Origin: Syntrophaceae bacterium
GTDB taxonomy: Bacteria > Desulfobacterota > SM23-61
Reading direction: 5' to 3'
Assembly: GCA_013388675.1 (NCBI GenBank)
Contig: JACAEW010000211.1
Span: 42,649 to 106,648 of the forward strand
Length of the DNA: 64,000 bases
Shown here: positions 18,949-27,457 of the stretch, piece after piece
Layout: every line of letters starts with the position of its first letter
How positions within the stretch are numbered: the stretch's first letter is position 1
Notes under the pieces: model-generated
Databases searched by the model: none
Told to the model about the DNA's origin: nothing
Seen by the model: only the letters and a program-made list of their open reading frames with translations
Translations under genes and position numbers: made by a program

Positions 18949-19224
18949 ATGGAGTGGATTTTTGAAGACATCGAAGTGGAATCCTACTCCGGCTACAAAG
19001 GCGAAGAGAGCCCCCGGGCTTTTGTCCATCTCGGCAGGCGGTACGAGATCGTGGAGGTCCTGGACCGGTGGTATGAGGGGAGGGTGGACCCGAAAGCCTT
19101 GCGACATGATTATTTCCGGGTGAAGACCAAGGAGGGGGAATTTTTTTTACTCCGTTACACCCCGCGCTACCAGTCCTGGACTCTCTGCCGGCGCGCCCCG
19201 GCGCCGCGGTTTTCGAACAACTGA
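18949..19224 (+). CDS. Hypothetical 91-aa protein
   Basis: The composition looks coding (MEWIFEDIEVESYSGYKGEE...FFLLRYTPRYQSWTL). It lies between tonB and cobD on the same strand. I recognised no family. Confidence 0.45.
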   Translation: MEWIFEDIEVESYSGYKGEESPRAFVHLGRRYEIVEVLDRWYEGRVDPKALRHDYFRVKTKEGEFFLLRYTPRYQSWTLCRRAPAPRFSNN

Positions 19225-19242
19225 AAGGCAGATGGGACGCAG

Positions 19243-20472
19243 ATGAACGCAGATTTTCAGGATTCGAAGCCGGGGCCCGTAGGGGCATCCCGGGTTTCGC
19301 GGGACATCGTGCCCCCACAACCGCTGAAAACCTTTTTTGGGAATTTTTCTTTGAACAACGCCCAAAGAGAAAATATAAACGAAGTAGCTGAAAGGCATGG
19401 GCTTAACCCGGCCCGGATCATCGATTTCAGTGCTTCCATCAACCCCCTCGGTATGTCTCCCAGGGCTCGCAAGAAAATCCTCAAGGAGGGACCGGAGGCC
19501 ATTCTTCACTTCCCGGATACGCGCTGCACGGAACTGAGAAGTGTTCTGGCCGAATATCACTCGATTCCCAAGGAAAGCATTCTCCCCGGCGCCGGTTCCA
19601 CGGAGTTTATTTACTCCATACCCAGGATGCTGAATTTGGAGCGGGTCCTGCTGGTGACCCCGGCCTTCAGCGAGTATGAAAATGCCCTGGAAATGCAGGA
19701 CAAGAACTGCCGGATTCACTTTTTTGAAACCAGGGAGGAGGACGGGTTCGAACTCAACGTGGAGGGGCTGCTGATGGTTCTGACCGAGGGGTACGATGCG
19801 CTTTACCTCTGCAACCCCAACGATCCCACCGGAATCCCAACGGAAAAGAAGGACCTCCTGCGGGTCCTGGCCCGAACGGAGAGAGAAAAGACCTGGTTCA
19901 TTCTGGATGAAACCTTCGTTGATTTTATCCCCGGGGAAAGCCTTCTCCGGGAAGCGGCGTCTTCCTCCCGGCTGATCATCTTTCGGTCTCTGAGCCATTT
20001 CTTTGCCTTGGCCGGACTGCGGGCGGGGTATATGGTTTCCAGCCCGGAGGTCATCCGGGACTTTCAGGCAAAAAGGGAACCCTGGTCGGTTAATGCCCTG
20101 GCCCAGCTCGCCGCCCTGGAAAGCTTACGGGACCGCACCTATATGAAGCGAACCCTGGATTTCATCGGGCGGGAAAGAAAGACCCTTACCCTCGGTTTGC
20201 AGGGGATTCCCGGTTTTATCCCCTATCCCGGTTCGGCCAATTATCTTCTTGTCCAGATCCATCCCTCCCTCAATCTTACCGCGGCCGAGCTCCGGGAAAG
20301 GCTGATCTCCCGGGGGATCCTCATCCGCGATTGCCGTTCCTTCCACCACATGGGCCCCTATTTTTTCCGGGTCGCCGTTCGAAATCGCAGGGAGAACCAG
20401 ACTTTGATCAAGGCTTTGGGGCAGGTGCAAAAGGAAATCAGCAAAGCAGGGAGGGGATCAAGAGGCATTTAG
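19243..20472 (+). CDS. cobD: L-threonine-O-3-phosphate decarboxylase (class I/II aminotransferase fold); start uncertain
   Basis: IDFSASINPLG..., ILPGAGSTEFIY and a PLP-enzyme fold, in a cobalamin context. The first 35 or so codons overlap repeat-like DNA, and an alternative TTG lies at 19351. Confidence 0.7.
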   Translation: MNADFQDSKPGPVGASRVSRDIVPPQPLKTFFGNFSLNNAQRENINEVAERHGLNPARIIDFSASINPLGMSPRARKKILKEGPEAILHFPDTRCTELRSVLAEYHSIPKESILPGAGSTEFIYSIPRMLNLERVLLVTPAFSEYENALEMQDKNCRIHFFETREEDGFELNVEGLLMVLTEGYDALYLCNPNDPTGIPTEKKDLLRVLARTEREKTWFILDETFVDFIPGESLLREAASSSRLIIFRSLSHFFALAGLRAGYMVSSPEVIRDFQAKREPWSVNALAQLAALESLRDRTYMKRTLDFIGRERKTLTLGLQGIPGFIPYPGSANYLLVQIHPSLNLTAAELRERLISRGILIRDCRSFHHMGPYFFRVAVRNRRENQTLIKALGQVQKEISKAGRGSRGI

Positions 20473-20600
20473 TCCAATTCATAACCCGGTTGGGGGCAAG
20501 AATGAAGAAAGCGGGTTGGGGAATCGGTTGGCTGACCGGATGGAAAGGTCGTTCCATTTGGGCAGACCTTTGAGCCAAGCGCGGGGGAGCGAATACGAAA

Positions 20601-22136
20601 ATGGAATTTAATTATGCCCGGTACGGGATGGAAGGGATTGAAAAGTACGGGGAGTACGTTTCTTTCATCTATGAAGAAGAGAAACTTCGGGTGGAGTTCA
20701 CCAATGTCCAAATCCAGAAGAAAGCCAACGCCCTGGCCAACGCGCTGCAAGAGGCCGGGGTCAGGCCCGGAGACGTGGTGGCCGTCGTCCTTCCCAACGG
20801 GCCCGCGGTCGCGATCGTCTTCACGGCAATCTTCAAGATGGGGGCGGTTTTCCTGCCGGTCATCTTTGCCCTTACCGCCGCTGAAATTCGGTATATTCTG
20901 GAGGACTCCGGCGCGAATACCATTATTACCGAGGAAAGTCTGGTTCCCAAGGTCGAGGGGGCGCGTCTGGGTCTTGCCGGCATCCGGAATCTCATCGTGA
21001 CGAACCCCGGCGGGACGGTTTCCCGCGGTCTCTCCCTGGAGGAGATTCTCGGGAAGTATCCCGATGAATTCTCCATGCTCCCGGTCCGGGAGGATGACCT
21101 GGCGGTCCTGATGTACACCTCGGGGACCACGGGATCCCCCAAGGGGGTCATGCTGAGCCACGGCAACCTGAGCTCCAACGTGGAAGCGGGGGCCATCGCC
21201 ATTCCCACCTCGCCCACGGACACCATGCTAATCCCCCTGCCCCTGAATCACATCTTCGGCCTCCTCATGGTGAACGAGTGTAACCTCTCCGGGGCGAAGA
21301 TGATTCTCCACAAATGGTTTGACCCCGGGCTGGCCCTCCGCAGCATCACCCGGAACCGGGTGACCGAATTCGTGGGCGTTCCCACCATGTACATCCGGCT
21401 GATGGATGCCTTTGACCCCACCCTTCACAGCATGGAATCCATCCGCCGGTTTCTGAGCGGTGGAGCGCCGCTGAGCGCCGAGACCCAACTGGCGGTGGAA
21501 GCCAAATGGGGCAAGCCCTTCTACCAGGGCTACGGCCTGACCGAATGTTCCCCCACCGTCTCCCGCCAGAGGGTGGGCCGGGCCAGAAAACCGGGCTGCG
21601 TAGGGCCGCCCCTCGACGGCGTGGAGATTCGGATCATGAATGACGAAAATCGCGAACTTCCCCAGGGGGAGACGGGAGAGGTGTGCGTCCGCGGCCCCAA
21701 CGTGATGAAAGGCTATCTCAACAAGGAGGAGGCCACCCGCGAAGCCATGAGGGGAGGATGGCTGCACACCGGGGACGTGGGGTACCTCGACCCGGAGGGC
21801 GAACTCTTCATCACCGACCGGAAAAAAGACCTCATTATCCGGGGAGGGGAAAACATCTCCCCCGGGGCCGTTGAAGATATTCTATTCAAACATCCGGCGG
21901 TCCTGGAAACCGCGGTGGTGGGAATCCCCGACCCGGTTTACGGCGAAGAAGTGAAAGCCTTCGTTGTTTTGAAGCAGGGATTCCAGGCTTCCGAAAAAGA
22001 ACTGCTCGAACATTGCTTGAAACATATACCCCGCTACAAGGCCCCCAAGTCCATCGGCTTCCTGGAGGAGCTTCCCAAGAATTCGGTGGGCAAGGTCTTG
22101 AAGCGATCCCTGAGGGACATGGAAAAGAGGAAATAG
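20601..22136 (+). CDS. AMP-dependent acyl-CoA synthetase/ligase
   Basis: MYTSGTTGSPKGVMLSH, YGLTE, TGDVGYLDPEGELFITDRKKD, and a C-terminal PKNSVGKVLKR. Confidence 0.85.
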   Translation: MEFNYARYGMEGIEKYGEYVSFIYEEEKLRVEFTNVQIQKKANALANALQEAGVRPGDVVAVVLPNGPAVAIVFTAIFKMGAVFLPVIFALTAAEIRYILEDSGANTIITEESLVPKVEGARLGLAGIRNLIVTNPGGTVSRGLSLEEILGKYPDEFSMLPVREDDLAVLMYTSGTTGSPKGVMLSHGNLSSNVEAGAIAIPTSPTDTMLIPLPLNHIFGLLMVNECNLSGAKMILHKWFDPGLALRSITRNRVTEFVGVPTMYIRLMDAFDPTLHSMESIRRFLSGGAPLSAETQLAVEAKWGKPFYQGYGLTECSPTVSRQRVGRARKPGCVGPPLDGVEIRIMNDENRELPQGETGEVCVRGPNVMKGYLNKEEATREAMRGGWLHTGDVGYLDPEGELFITDRKKDLIIRGGENISPGAVEDILFKHPAVLETAVVGIPDPVYGEEVKAFVVLKQGFQASEKELLEHCLKHIPRYKAPKSIGFLEELPKNSVGKVLKRSLRDMEKRK

Positions 22137-22244
22137 TAGTTTTCGGAGCCAGTCCCCCTAAAACGATCCGTCCATTCCATCAGAGATCCGCTGACCCAAA
22201 GATTGCCCTTGATCAAGACTCGGAAAAAGTTGGATAAAAAAATC

Positions 22245-22967
22245 ATGATCCAAACAACCCTGGAAAAAATCCGGGATACACTCGTTGAAAGATTCGGGAC
22301 CCGCCTGAAATGCGTCCTGCTCTACGGCTCATGGGCCACGGGGACGGCACGGAAGGACTCGGACATCGATCTCCTGGCGGTTTTGCAGGAACGGGCGCTC
22401 GGAGACGGAAAAGCCATCGCCGACCTGTTCTTGGTTGACAACCGGGAAATATCTCTGGTTACCTGCACCGAGGATGAATTCCGAAGGGAGAACATTCCTC
22501 TCCATACGGCGGTAAAGCGGGAAGGGAAGATCCTATGGGGAAACATAGACCGCAATTTAAACCCCGAGCCCCCCGAGGTCAAATACGCCGATTTTTTCCG
22601 GAAATCTCAAGAATTCGAGTCCCGCAAGCTGGAAATGGCCAAGAAGCTCCTGGAAGACGATTATCTCTCCGGAATCCCCGAGGTCTGCTTTGTGGCCGCG
22701 AAACACGCCCTCCAGGCGGCCCTGGCCATGAAGGGAGAGGGGTATTCCAGCAAGGTGGCCGTTCTCTTGCCCTTGGTCCGTGCCCATTTCGGCCCCGAGG
22801 TTGCAGAGGAATTTCAGAAGCTGTCGGAGATGTATTCCCGCACGGATTTCAGCCTGGAATCCGTCCCCCGAAAAGAGGCGAAGGAGGCGATTCATCTCGC
22901 CGAAAAGGTTTTTGAAAAGGTTTTCAGGTTCTTGCCGGATAAGAATTCATTTTCTCGACAAATTTAA
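22245..22967 (+). CDS. Fused nucleotidyltransferase (MNT-like) + HEPN-like domain protein
   Basis: Start taken at MIQTTLEK. NTase motif LLYGSWATGTARKDSDIDLLAV. The helical C-terminal half looks HEPN-like, but I saw no clear Rx4-6H motif. Confidence 0.65.
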   Translation: MIQTTLEKIRDTLVERFGTRLKCVLLYGSWATGTARKDSDIDLLAVLQERALGDGKAIADLFLVDNREISLVTCTEDEFRRENIPLHTAVKREGKILWGNIDRNLNPEPPEVKYADFFRKSQEFESRKLEMAKKLLEDDYLSGIPEVCFVAAKHALQAALAMKGEGYSSKVAVLLPLVRAHFGPEVAEEFQKLSEMYSRTDFSLESVPRKEAKEAIHLAEKVFEKVFRFLPDKNSFSRQI

Positions 22968-23104
22968 TTTCCCATTTCATCTGCCCGGCGGCAAAAAAAA
23001 TCGCCAGAAGGAAGGATGGAAGCCCCGGTCCAACCGCAATGTGCTACAATGAATCGATAAAAGCATAAAGGAATGCGGGTTCTTATGGAAAAAAAATAGA
23101 ATTA

Positions 23105-23365
23105 TTGATTGAAAAAGCGGCTCAAGCCTTAAGAGCAGCGGGAGCTAGGGAGGTATATATTTTTGGTTCGGCAGCCAAAGGGATCCTGCGCGAAGACTCC
23201 GATATTGATTTTGCCGTCTCCGGGCTTCCTCCTGAAAAATTCTTTAGGGCCATGGGAGAGGTTGGGGATATTGTGCGACGGAATATTGATCTGGTAGACC
23301 TGGCTGAAATCAATTCTTTAACCCAATATCTCCAAGAAGAAGGAGAATTGCAGCGTGTGGCCTAA
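23105..23365 (+). CDS. Minimal nucleotidyltransferase (MNT-type antitoxin)
   Basis: IFGSAAKGILREDSDIDFAV. TTG start. It overlaps the downstream HEPN gene by 11 nt. Confidence 0.75.
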   Translation: MIEKAAQALRAAGAREVYIFGSAAKGILREDSDIDFAVSGLPPEKFFRAMGEVGDIVRRNIDLVDLAEINSLTQYLQEEGELQRVA

Positions 23366-23819
23366 GCTCAAGAAACAGGTGGCCGTTGAAGTGGAGCAAA
23401 TACGGAGGCTTCTGGAAACCCATCACCCTTTATTAAAGAAGTGTGCAAGGGTAAAGCCCGATGCGATTGAAAGGTCGGCCCTCGCAGCAATGCTTCACTC
23501 CTTTTACAACGGAGTCGAAAATATCTTTCGGCGGGTGAGCGTGGAAGTCGACGGGAAGGCGTTTAAGGGGGAACTATGGCGCCGGGAGCTTTTGGAAACC
23601 ATGGCCCAATCGGATAAAAACCGGCCTGCCCTTATTTCTGGGGAGTTGAAAAACCAGTTGCGTGGATATTTGGAATTCCGTCACGTTTTTCGCCATGCCT
23701 ATACCTTCGAACTTCGATGGGAAAAGATGGCTGAACTCGTATTGGGGTGCGAAGAGATATTCACCCGTCTCGAAACGGAGATCGATCGTTTTCTTGAGAA
23801 TGATCAACCTGCCTTGTAG
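23355..23819 (+). CDS. HEPN-domain protein (HepT-like toxin partner of MNT)
   Basis: GTG start. Rx4H motif RHVFRH inside LRGYLEFRHVFRHAYTF. Paired with the upstream MNT gene. Confidence 0.7.
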   Translation: MWPKLKKQVAVEVEQIRRLLETHHPLLKKCARVKPDAIERSALAAMLHSFYNGVENIFRRVSVEVDGKAFKGELWRRELLETMAQSDKNRPALISGELKNQLRGYLEFRHVFRHAYTFELRWEKMAELVLGCEEIFTRLETEIDRFLENDQPAL

Positions 23820-24097
23820 CTGAATTATTCCTTTACGGTCAAAAAGTCGTCATCTGCCCCGGTGCCGGGCACGCGGGCGAAACCACGGCGGATATTAAGC
23901 AGGGATTCATGCCAGTTTCAAGAATACCTTGATCTCCCCTTGGCGATCTGTTACATATTGGTCGCCATTCAACGATTGGGGGAAAGCATGCGAGGTCCTT
24001 TGCGCGAAATTGATTTGGGATAAGAAAAGATAACAGATCAAGCCTGGAATTTGCCTTTAGCCCATCGGGGGTGATCGGCTGGAAAGGCAAACCATAA

Positions 24098-24136
24098 AAG
24101 CACTGCACCGATCAAAGGCCGAGCAGTGCTTTTTTG
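24098..24136 (+). terminator. Intrinsic terminator with no annotated gene directly upstream
   Basis: AAGCACTGC (24098-24106) pairs with GCAGTGCTT (24123-24131), followed by TTTTTT. Confidence 0.6.
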
Positions 24137-24253
24137 CTATCGGGCACCTTGGGAATTGTGACCTGGCATACCCGGAATCAGAGGAAAAATCGTAAGGATG
24201 GCGACTCGATAGATGGGCTATCTCCGGATTGAATGGAAAAGGAGTAAAGGGGG

Positions 24254-24823
24254 ATGGAAGAAAAAGCTTTGAGGATTTCGGTTGAGCGCATTGAAAAGTC
24301 AATTTTCTTAATCCGCGGCTACAAGGTAATGCTGGACGCAGAGTTGGCAGGTCTATATGGCGTGGAAACCCGAAGCCTTCTGCAGGCAGTCCAAAGAAAC
24401 CTCAAGAGATTCCCGAGCGATTTCATGTTCCAAATAACGGATGAGGAATTCCAACTTTTGAGATCACAAATTGGGATCTCAAAAGGAAGAGGAGGTCGCC
24501 GGTACCTGCCCTATGTTTTTACAGAGCAAGGTGTGGCCATGCTATCGAGCGTTTTACACAGCGATCGGGCAATCCAGGTAAATGTTGCCATCATGCGGGT
24601 TTTCGTCAGACTACGGGAAATGATGACGACGCATAAGGAACTGGCCTCCAAACGCAGCGAACTGGAAACCCGTATCCGGGATCATGATGAGAAAATCGTT
24701 GCGATCTTCGAGGCCATTCGCCGCCTCCTTCCCCGGGTTGAAAAAAAACCGCGGAAGATCGGGTTTGAGGTGAAGGAAAGAGCAGCTAAATATGGCGGGA
24801 AGGCAAAGAGATCCTTGGATTAA
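24254..24823 (+). CDS. ORF6N-domain (KilA-N-related) DNA-binding protein
   Basis: [41 protein letters not shown]...[17 protein letters not shown] matches my recollection of the ORF6N family. Confidence 0.7.
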   Translation: MEEKALRISVERIEKSIFLIRGYKVMLDAELAGLYGVETRSLLQAVQRNLKRFPSDFMFQITDEEFQLLRSQIGISKGRGGRRYLPYVFTEQGVAMLSSVLHSDRAIQVNVAIMRVFVRLREMMTTHKELASKRSELETRIRDHDEKIVAIFEAIRRLLPRVEKKPRKIGFEVKERAAKYGGKAKRSLD

Positions 24824-24916
24824 GCCTGCAGGCATATTCTCGGTTTTTCATGACCAATCCACAACCAGTTTGCCCGGCAACGCTCCGACGGTTGGACAAA
24901 ATTCAAGGCAGGTCCC

Positions 24917-25585
24917 ATGAATAAAGAATTCTATGCCCATTCCAAAGAAGGGAAACCGCGCGAAGAATGGCACCGGCTCGAAGACCATTTGAAGAAAGTC
25001 GCGGAAATGGCCCGAGAGTTCGCCAACAAATTTCAGGCGGGCGATTGGGGATATCTGGCGGGATTGTGGCATGATCTGGGAAAATTTTCCCGTGAGTTCC
25101 AAGAGAAGGTTCTCGCTAAAGGTGGTGAAGATGCCAGCATTGAAACAATACAAGGTAAGGTCGACCACTCCAGCGCCGGCGCCCATCACGCTATAGAGGC
25201 GTTGCCCATCTTGGGCCATCTTTCGAGTTATGCTATTGCCGGACATCATTCAGGGCTTCTTAATGGAAGAGATACAGAAAGCTGCCAAGAAGCTCGTCTT
25301 AGAAAAGAGGTATTTCCTTGGCAACATGGCCTTCAATTTCTCCCGAAGTATAATAAAATCGAAGCACCAGCATTATTGAAGAAGGCCTTTGCTGCAAAAG
25401 ATGCATTCTCCGTGGCATTTTTTACACGTATGGTATTTTCCTGCTTGGTTGACGCCGATTTTCTCGATACCGAAGCCTTTATGAATACGGACCAAGCGGC
25501 TTTTCGCGGAAAGTGGTCGGACAATATTGGGCCGGTTCCTGGCCAGGATCCAGGGCCCGGTCTCAGGAAACGTTCTCCTTCGTAG
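24917..25585 (+). pseudogene. cas3: Cas3 fragment: HD nuclease domain only, helicase part missing
   Basis: FYAHS..., WHDLGKFS, VDHSSAGA, IAGHHSGL and VDADFLDTE are HD-domain motifs. After about 200 aa the frame runs into unrelated sequence and a stop. Confidence 0.75.
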
Positions 25586-26342
25586 GGAGCAATACCGGCG
25601 TGCGGATGACCCTACCTTTTCGGCGGAGATGACCAAGTTCATCCTGACCGGGAAGATCACCAACTGCCGGACCGTCTTGCAACGGGGCCTCCGGGACCAT
25701 GCGGACAAAATGAAAGAGGAAGAAGTTAGGCACGCGGTCATGCGCATGAATCGGGTGCTCGAGACGCTGAATCAGGACCAAGACCTGGATACGCTGCGGG
25801 GTATCGAAGGAGAAACGGCTCATGCCTATTTCAGCGTATTCGATCATTTAATCGTCGCCCAGAAGGAGACCTTTCGTTTCGAAGAGCGGAATCGCCGTCC
25901 CCCGCTGGACAACGTCAATTGCCTCCTTTCCTTCGTCTATACGCTTCTCATGCACGACGTCCGGTCGGCCCTGGAAACGGTGGGGCTGGATCCCGCCGTG
26001 GGATTCCTTCACCGGGACCGCCCCGGCAGACCCGGCCTGGCCCTCGACCTGATGGAGGAGTTCAGGCCGTTTATCGCCGACCGATTGGTCTTGTCCTTGA
26101 TCAATTTACAGCAGGTTCATGACAAGGGATTCAAGAAGATGGATTCCGGGGCCGTGCTTATGGATGATGAGGCACGGAAGAAAGTCCTGGTGGCCTACCA
26201 GGAACGGAAACAGGAAGAGATTACCCATCCTTTTCTTGATGAAAAGGTGAAGATCGGGATGTTATTTCACATTCAGGCTTTATTGCTGGCCAGGCATTTG
26301 CGGGGAGACCTGGACGGGTATCCGCCGTTTATCTGGAAATAA
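25527..26342 (+). pseudogene. cas1: Cas1 (type I-C-like) lacking its N-terminal part
   Basis: Begins at (L)GRFLARIQGPVSGNVLLRREQY, which is internal in I-C Cas1. There is no ATG. The C-terminal region (GFLHRDRPGRPGLALDLMEEFRP) is intact. Confidence 0.75.
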
Positions 26343-26353
26343 GGGAGAACAAG

Positions 26354-26644
26354 ATGCTTGTGCTGGTTAGTTACGACGTATCCACTACCGATCCCGAGGG
26401 CCCCAAGCGATTGCAAAAGGTGGCCAAGGTTTGCCAGAACTACGGCCAGCGGGTTCAATATTCTGTCTTCGAATGTATCCTAGACCCTGCTCAGTGGACC
26501 TACATGAAGCAGCGGTTGATCAATTTGATCGATAAAGAAGTTGATAGCCTGCGGTTCTATTACCTCGGTTCCAACTGGAAACGCCGGATCGAGCACGTGG
26601 GCGCTAAAAAATCGCTGGATCAAGAGGGGCCGATGATTGTCTGA
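26354..26644 (+). CDS. cas2: CRISPR-associated endoribonuclease Cas2
   Basis: MLVLVSYDV...QYSVFEC..., 96 aa, directly after cas1. Confidence 0.85.
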   Translation: MLVLVSYDVSTTDPEGPKRLQKVAKVCQNYGQRVQYSVFECILDPAQWTYMKQRLINLIDKEVDSLRFYYLGSNWKRRIEHVGAKKSLDQEGPMIV

Positions 26645-26828
26645 AGCAGGTCCGCGAACCCGAAGCGGGCACGAGTTCACCGGGGGGTTCGCGGCATTTG
26701 TAAGCCAATGAAATTGTTCGATTATCTAAATGGTTCTTTGAAAATTGAATATGAAATGCAACGATTTGGGTGGGATGCGCGCCAATTAAATAAATTTGAT
26801 TTATAAATCCAGGATTTGGAACTTCTGA

Positions 26829-26860
26829 GTCGCCCCCCGCGCGGGGGCGTGGATTGAAAC
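26829..26860 (+). CRISPR. Solitary type I-C-like CRISPR repeat (array collapsed to one unit)
   Basis: GTCGCCCCCCGCGCGGGGGCGTGGATTGAAAC lies 184 nt downstream of cas2, after an AT-rich leader-like stretch. I found no second copy in the window. Confidence 0.7.
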
Positions 26861-26967
26861 AGGAAGAAGAGATATTCGGACTCTACTGGGACTTGGCGAA
26901 GAAAAGGAACATCGCGGTCAGAGAAATAACCTGGACCAGCTTCGAGGAGGGAATAATCTTTATTGCT

Positions 26968-27194
26968 GGCTGCGATGGAGCCCGGAGCATCGCTCCTCTC
27001 TTGCCTCCTTCATAGCCGCCCGGGGGATCGGGAGACCAGCTAAGTATTAATATATCACAACAGGAGGAATTTGCAGTTGCCGGTTGTAATAAAAATCGAA
27101 GCTGGAAAGTTGATCGGTGGCAGGCCGCGACGGGGCCCGGGGCGTCACTCCTTTCTGTTCCTCCTTATTGCCCCCGGGGACTCGGGAGGTCAGG
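26968..27194. repeat. Two direct copies of a motif of about 70 nt, about 155 nt apart
   Basis: Copy A (26968-27040) is GGCTGCGATGGAGCCCGGAGCATCGCTCCTCTCTTGCCTCCTTCATAGCCGCCCGGGGGATCGGGAGACCAG. Copy B (27123-27194) is GGCCGCGACGGGGCCCGGGGCGTCACTCCTTTCTGTTCCTCCTTATTGCCCCCGGGGACTCGGGAGGTCAG. About three quarters of positions match by eye. Confidence 0.6.
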
Positions 27195-27384
27195 CAACTT
27201 TCAAGGTATCAGCGATCGGAGAAAAAGACAACTTCTATTGAAAATAATAATGGAGATCGAAGACTCCGGGGTGAGGGAGATGATCTTCCGGTTGAGGGCT
27301 CGGACTGGGACCTCGCCTCAAACCGCGCCCGATTTTTTGAATTTCCTTCCGAAGATATAACCTGAGGGATCATGAACGGCGTAT

Positions 27385-27414
27385 TTGCTATCCCCTGGGT
27401 AAATTCAGTATAAT
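27385..27414 (+). promoter_or_regulatory. Sigma-70-like promoter for the 27458-28436 cassette
   Basis: TTGCTA-N18-TATAAT, ending 44 nt before the ATG at 27458. Confidence 0.5.
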
Positions 27415-27457
27415 CAAAGAAACGCCAAACATCATCAAGGGATGAAGGAGGCGCCCA

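Noticed and set aside
23839-24302. Minus-strand ORFs 23839..24108 (89 aa) and 24057..24302 (81 aa) in the gap before the ORF6N gene.
   Set aside because: No ribosome-binding site, Pro/Ser/Cys-rich low-complexity translations, and they overlap a plus-strand terminator. Treated as non-coding.
26899-26930. Possible degenerate second CRISPR repeat one spacer length after the solitary repeat.
   Set aside because: Position-by-position comparison with the 32-nt repeat gives only about 8 of 32 matches, so it is not a repeat.
27117-27365. 82-aa plus-strand ORF in the region after the CRISPR repeat.
   Set aside because: No ribosome-binding site and non-protein-like composition. Its 5' end is simply copy B of the tandem 70-nt repeat.
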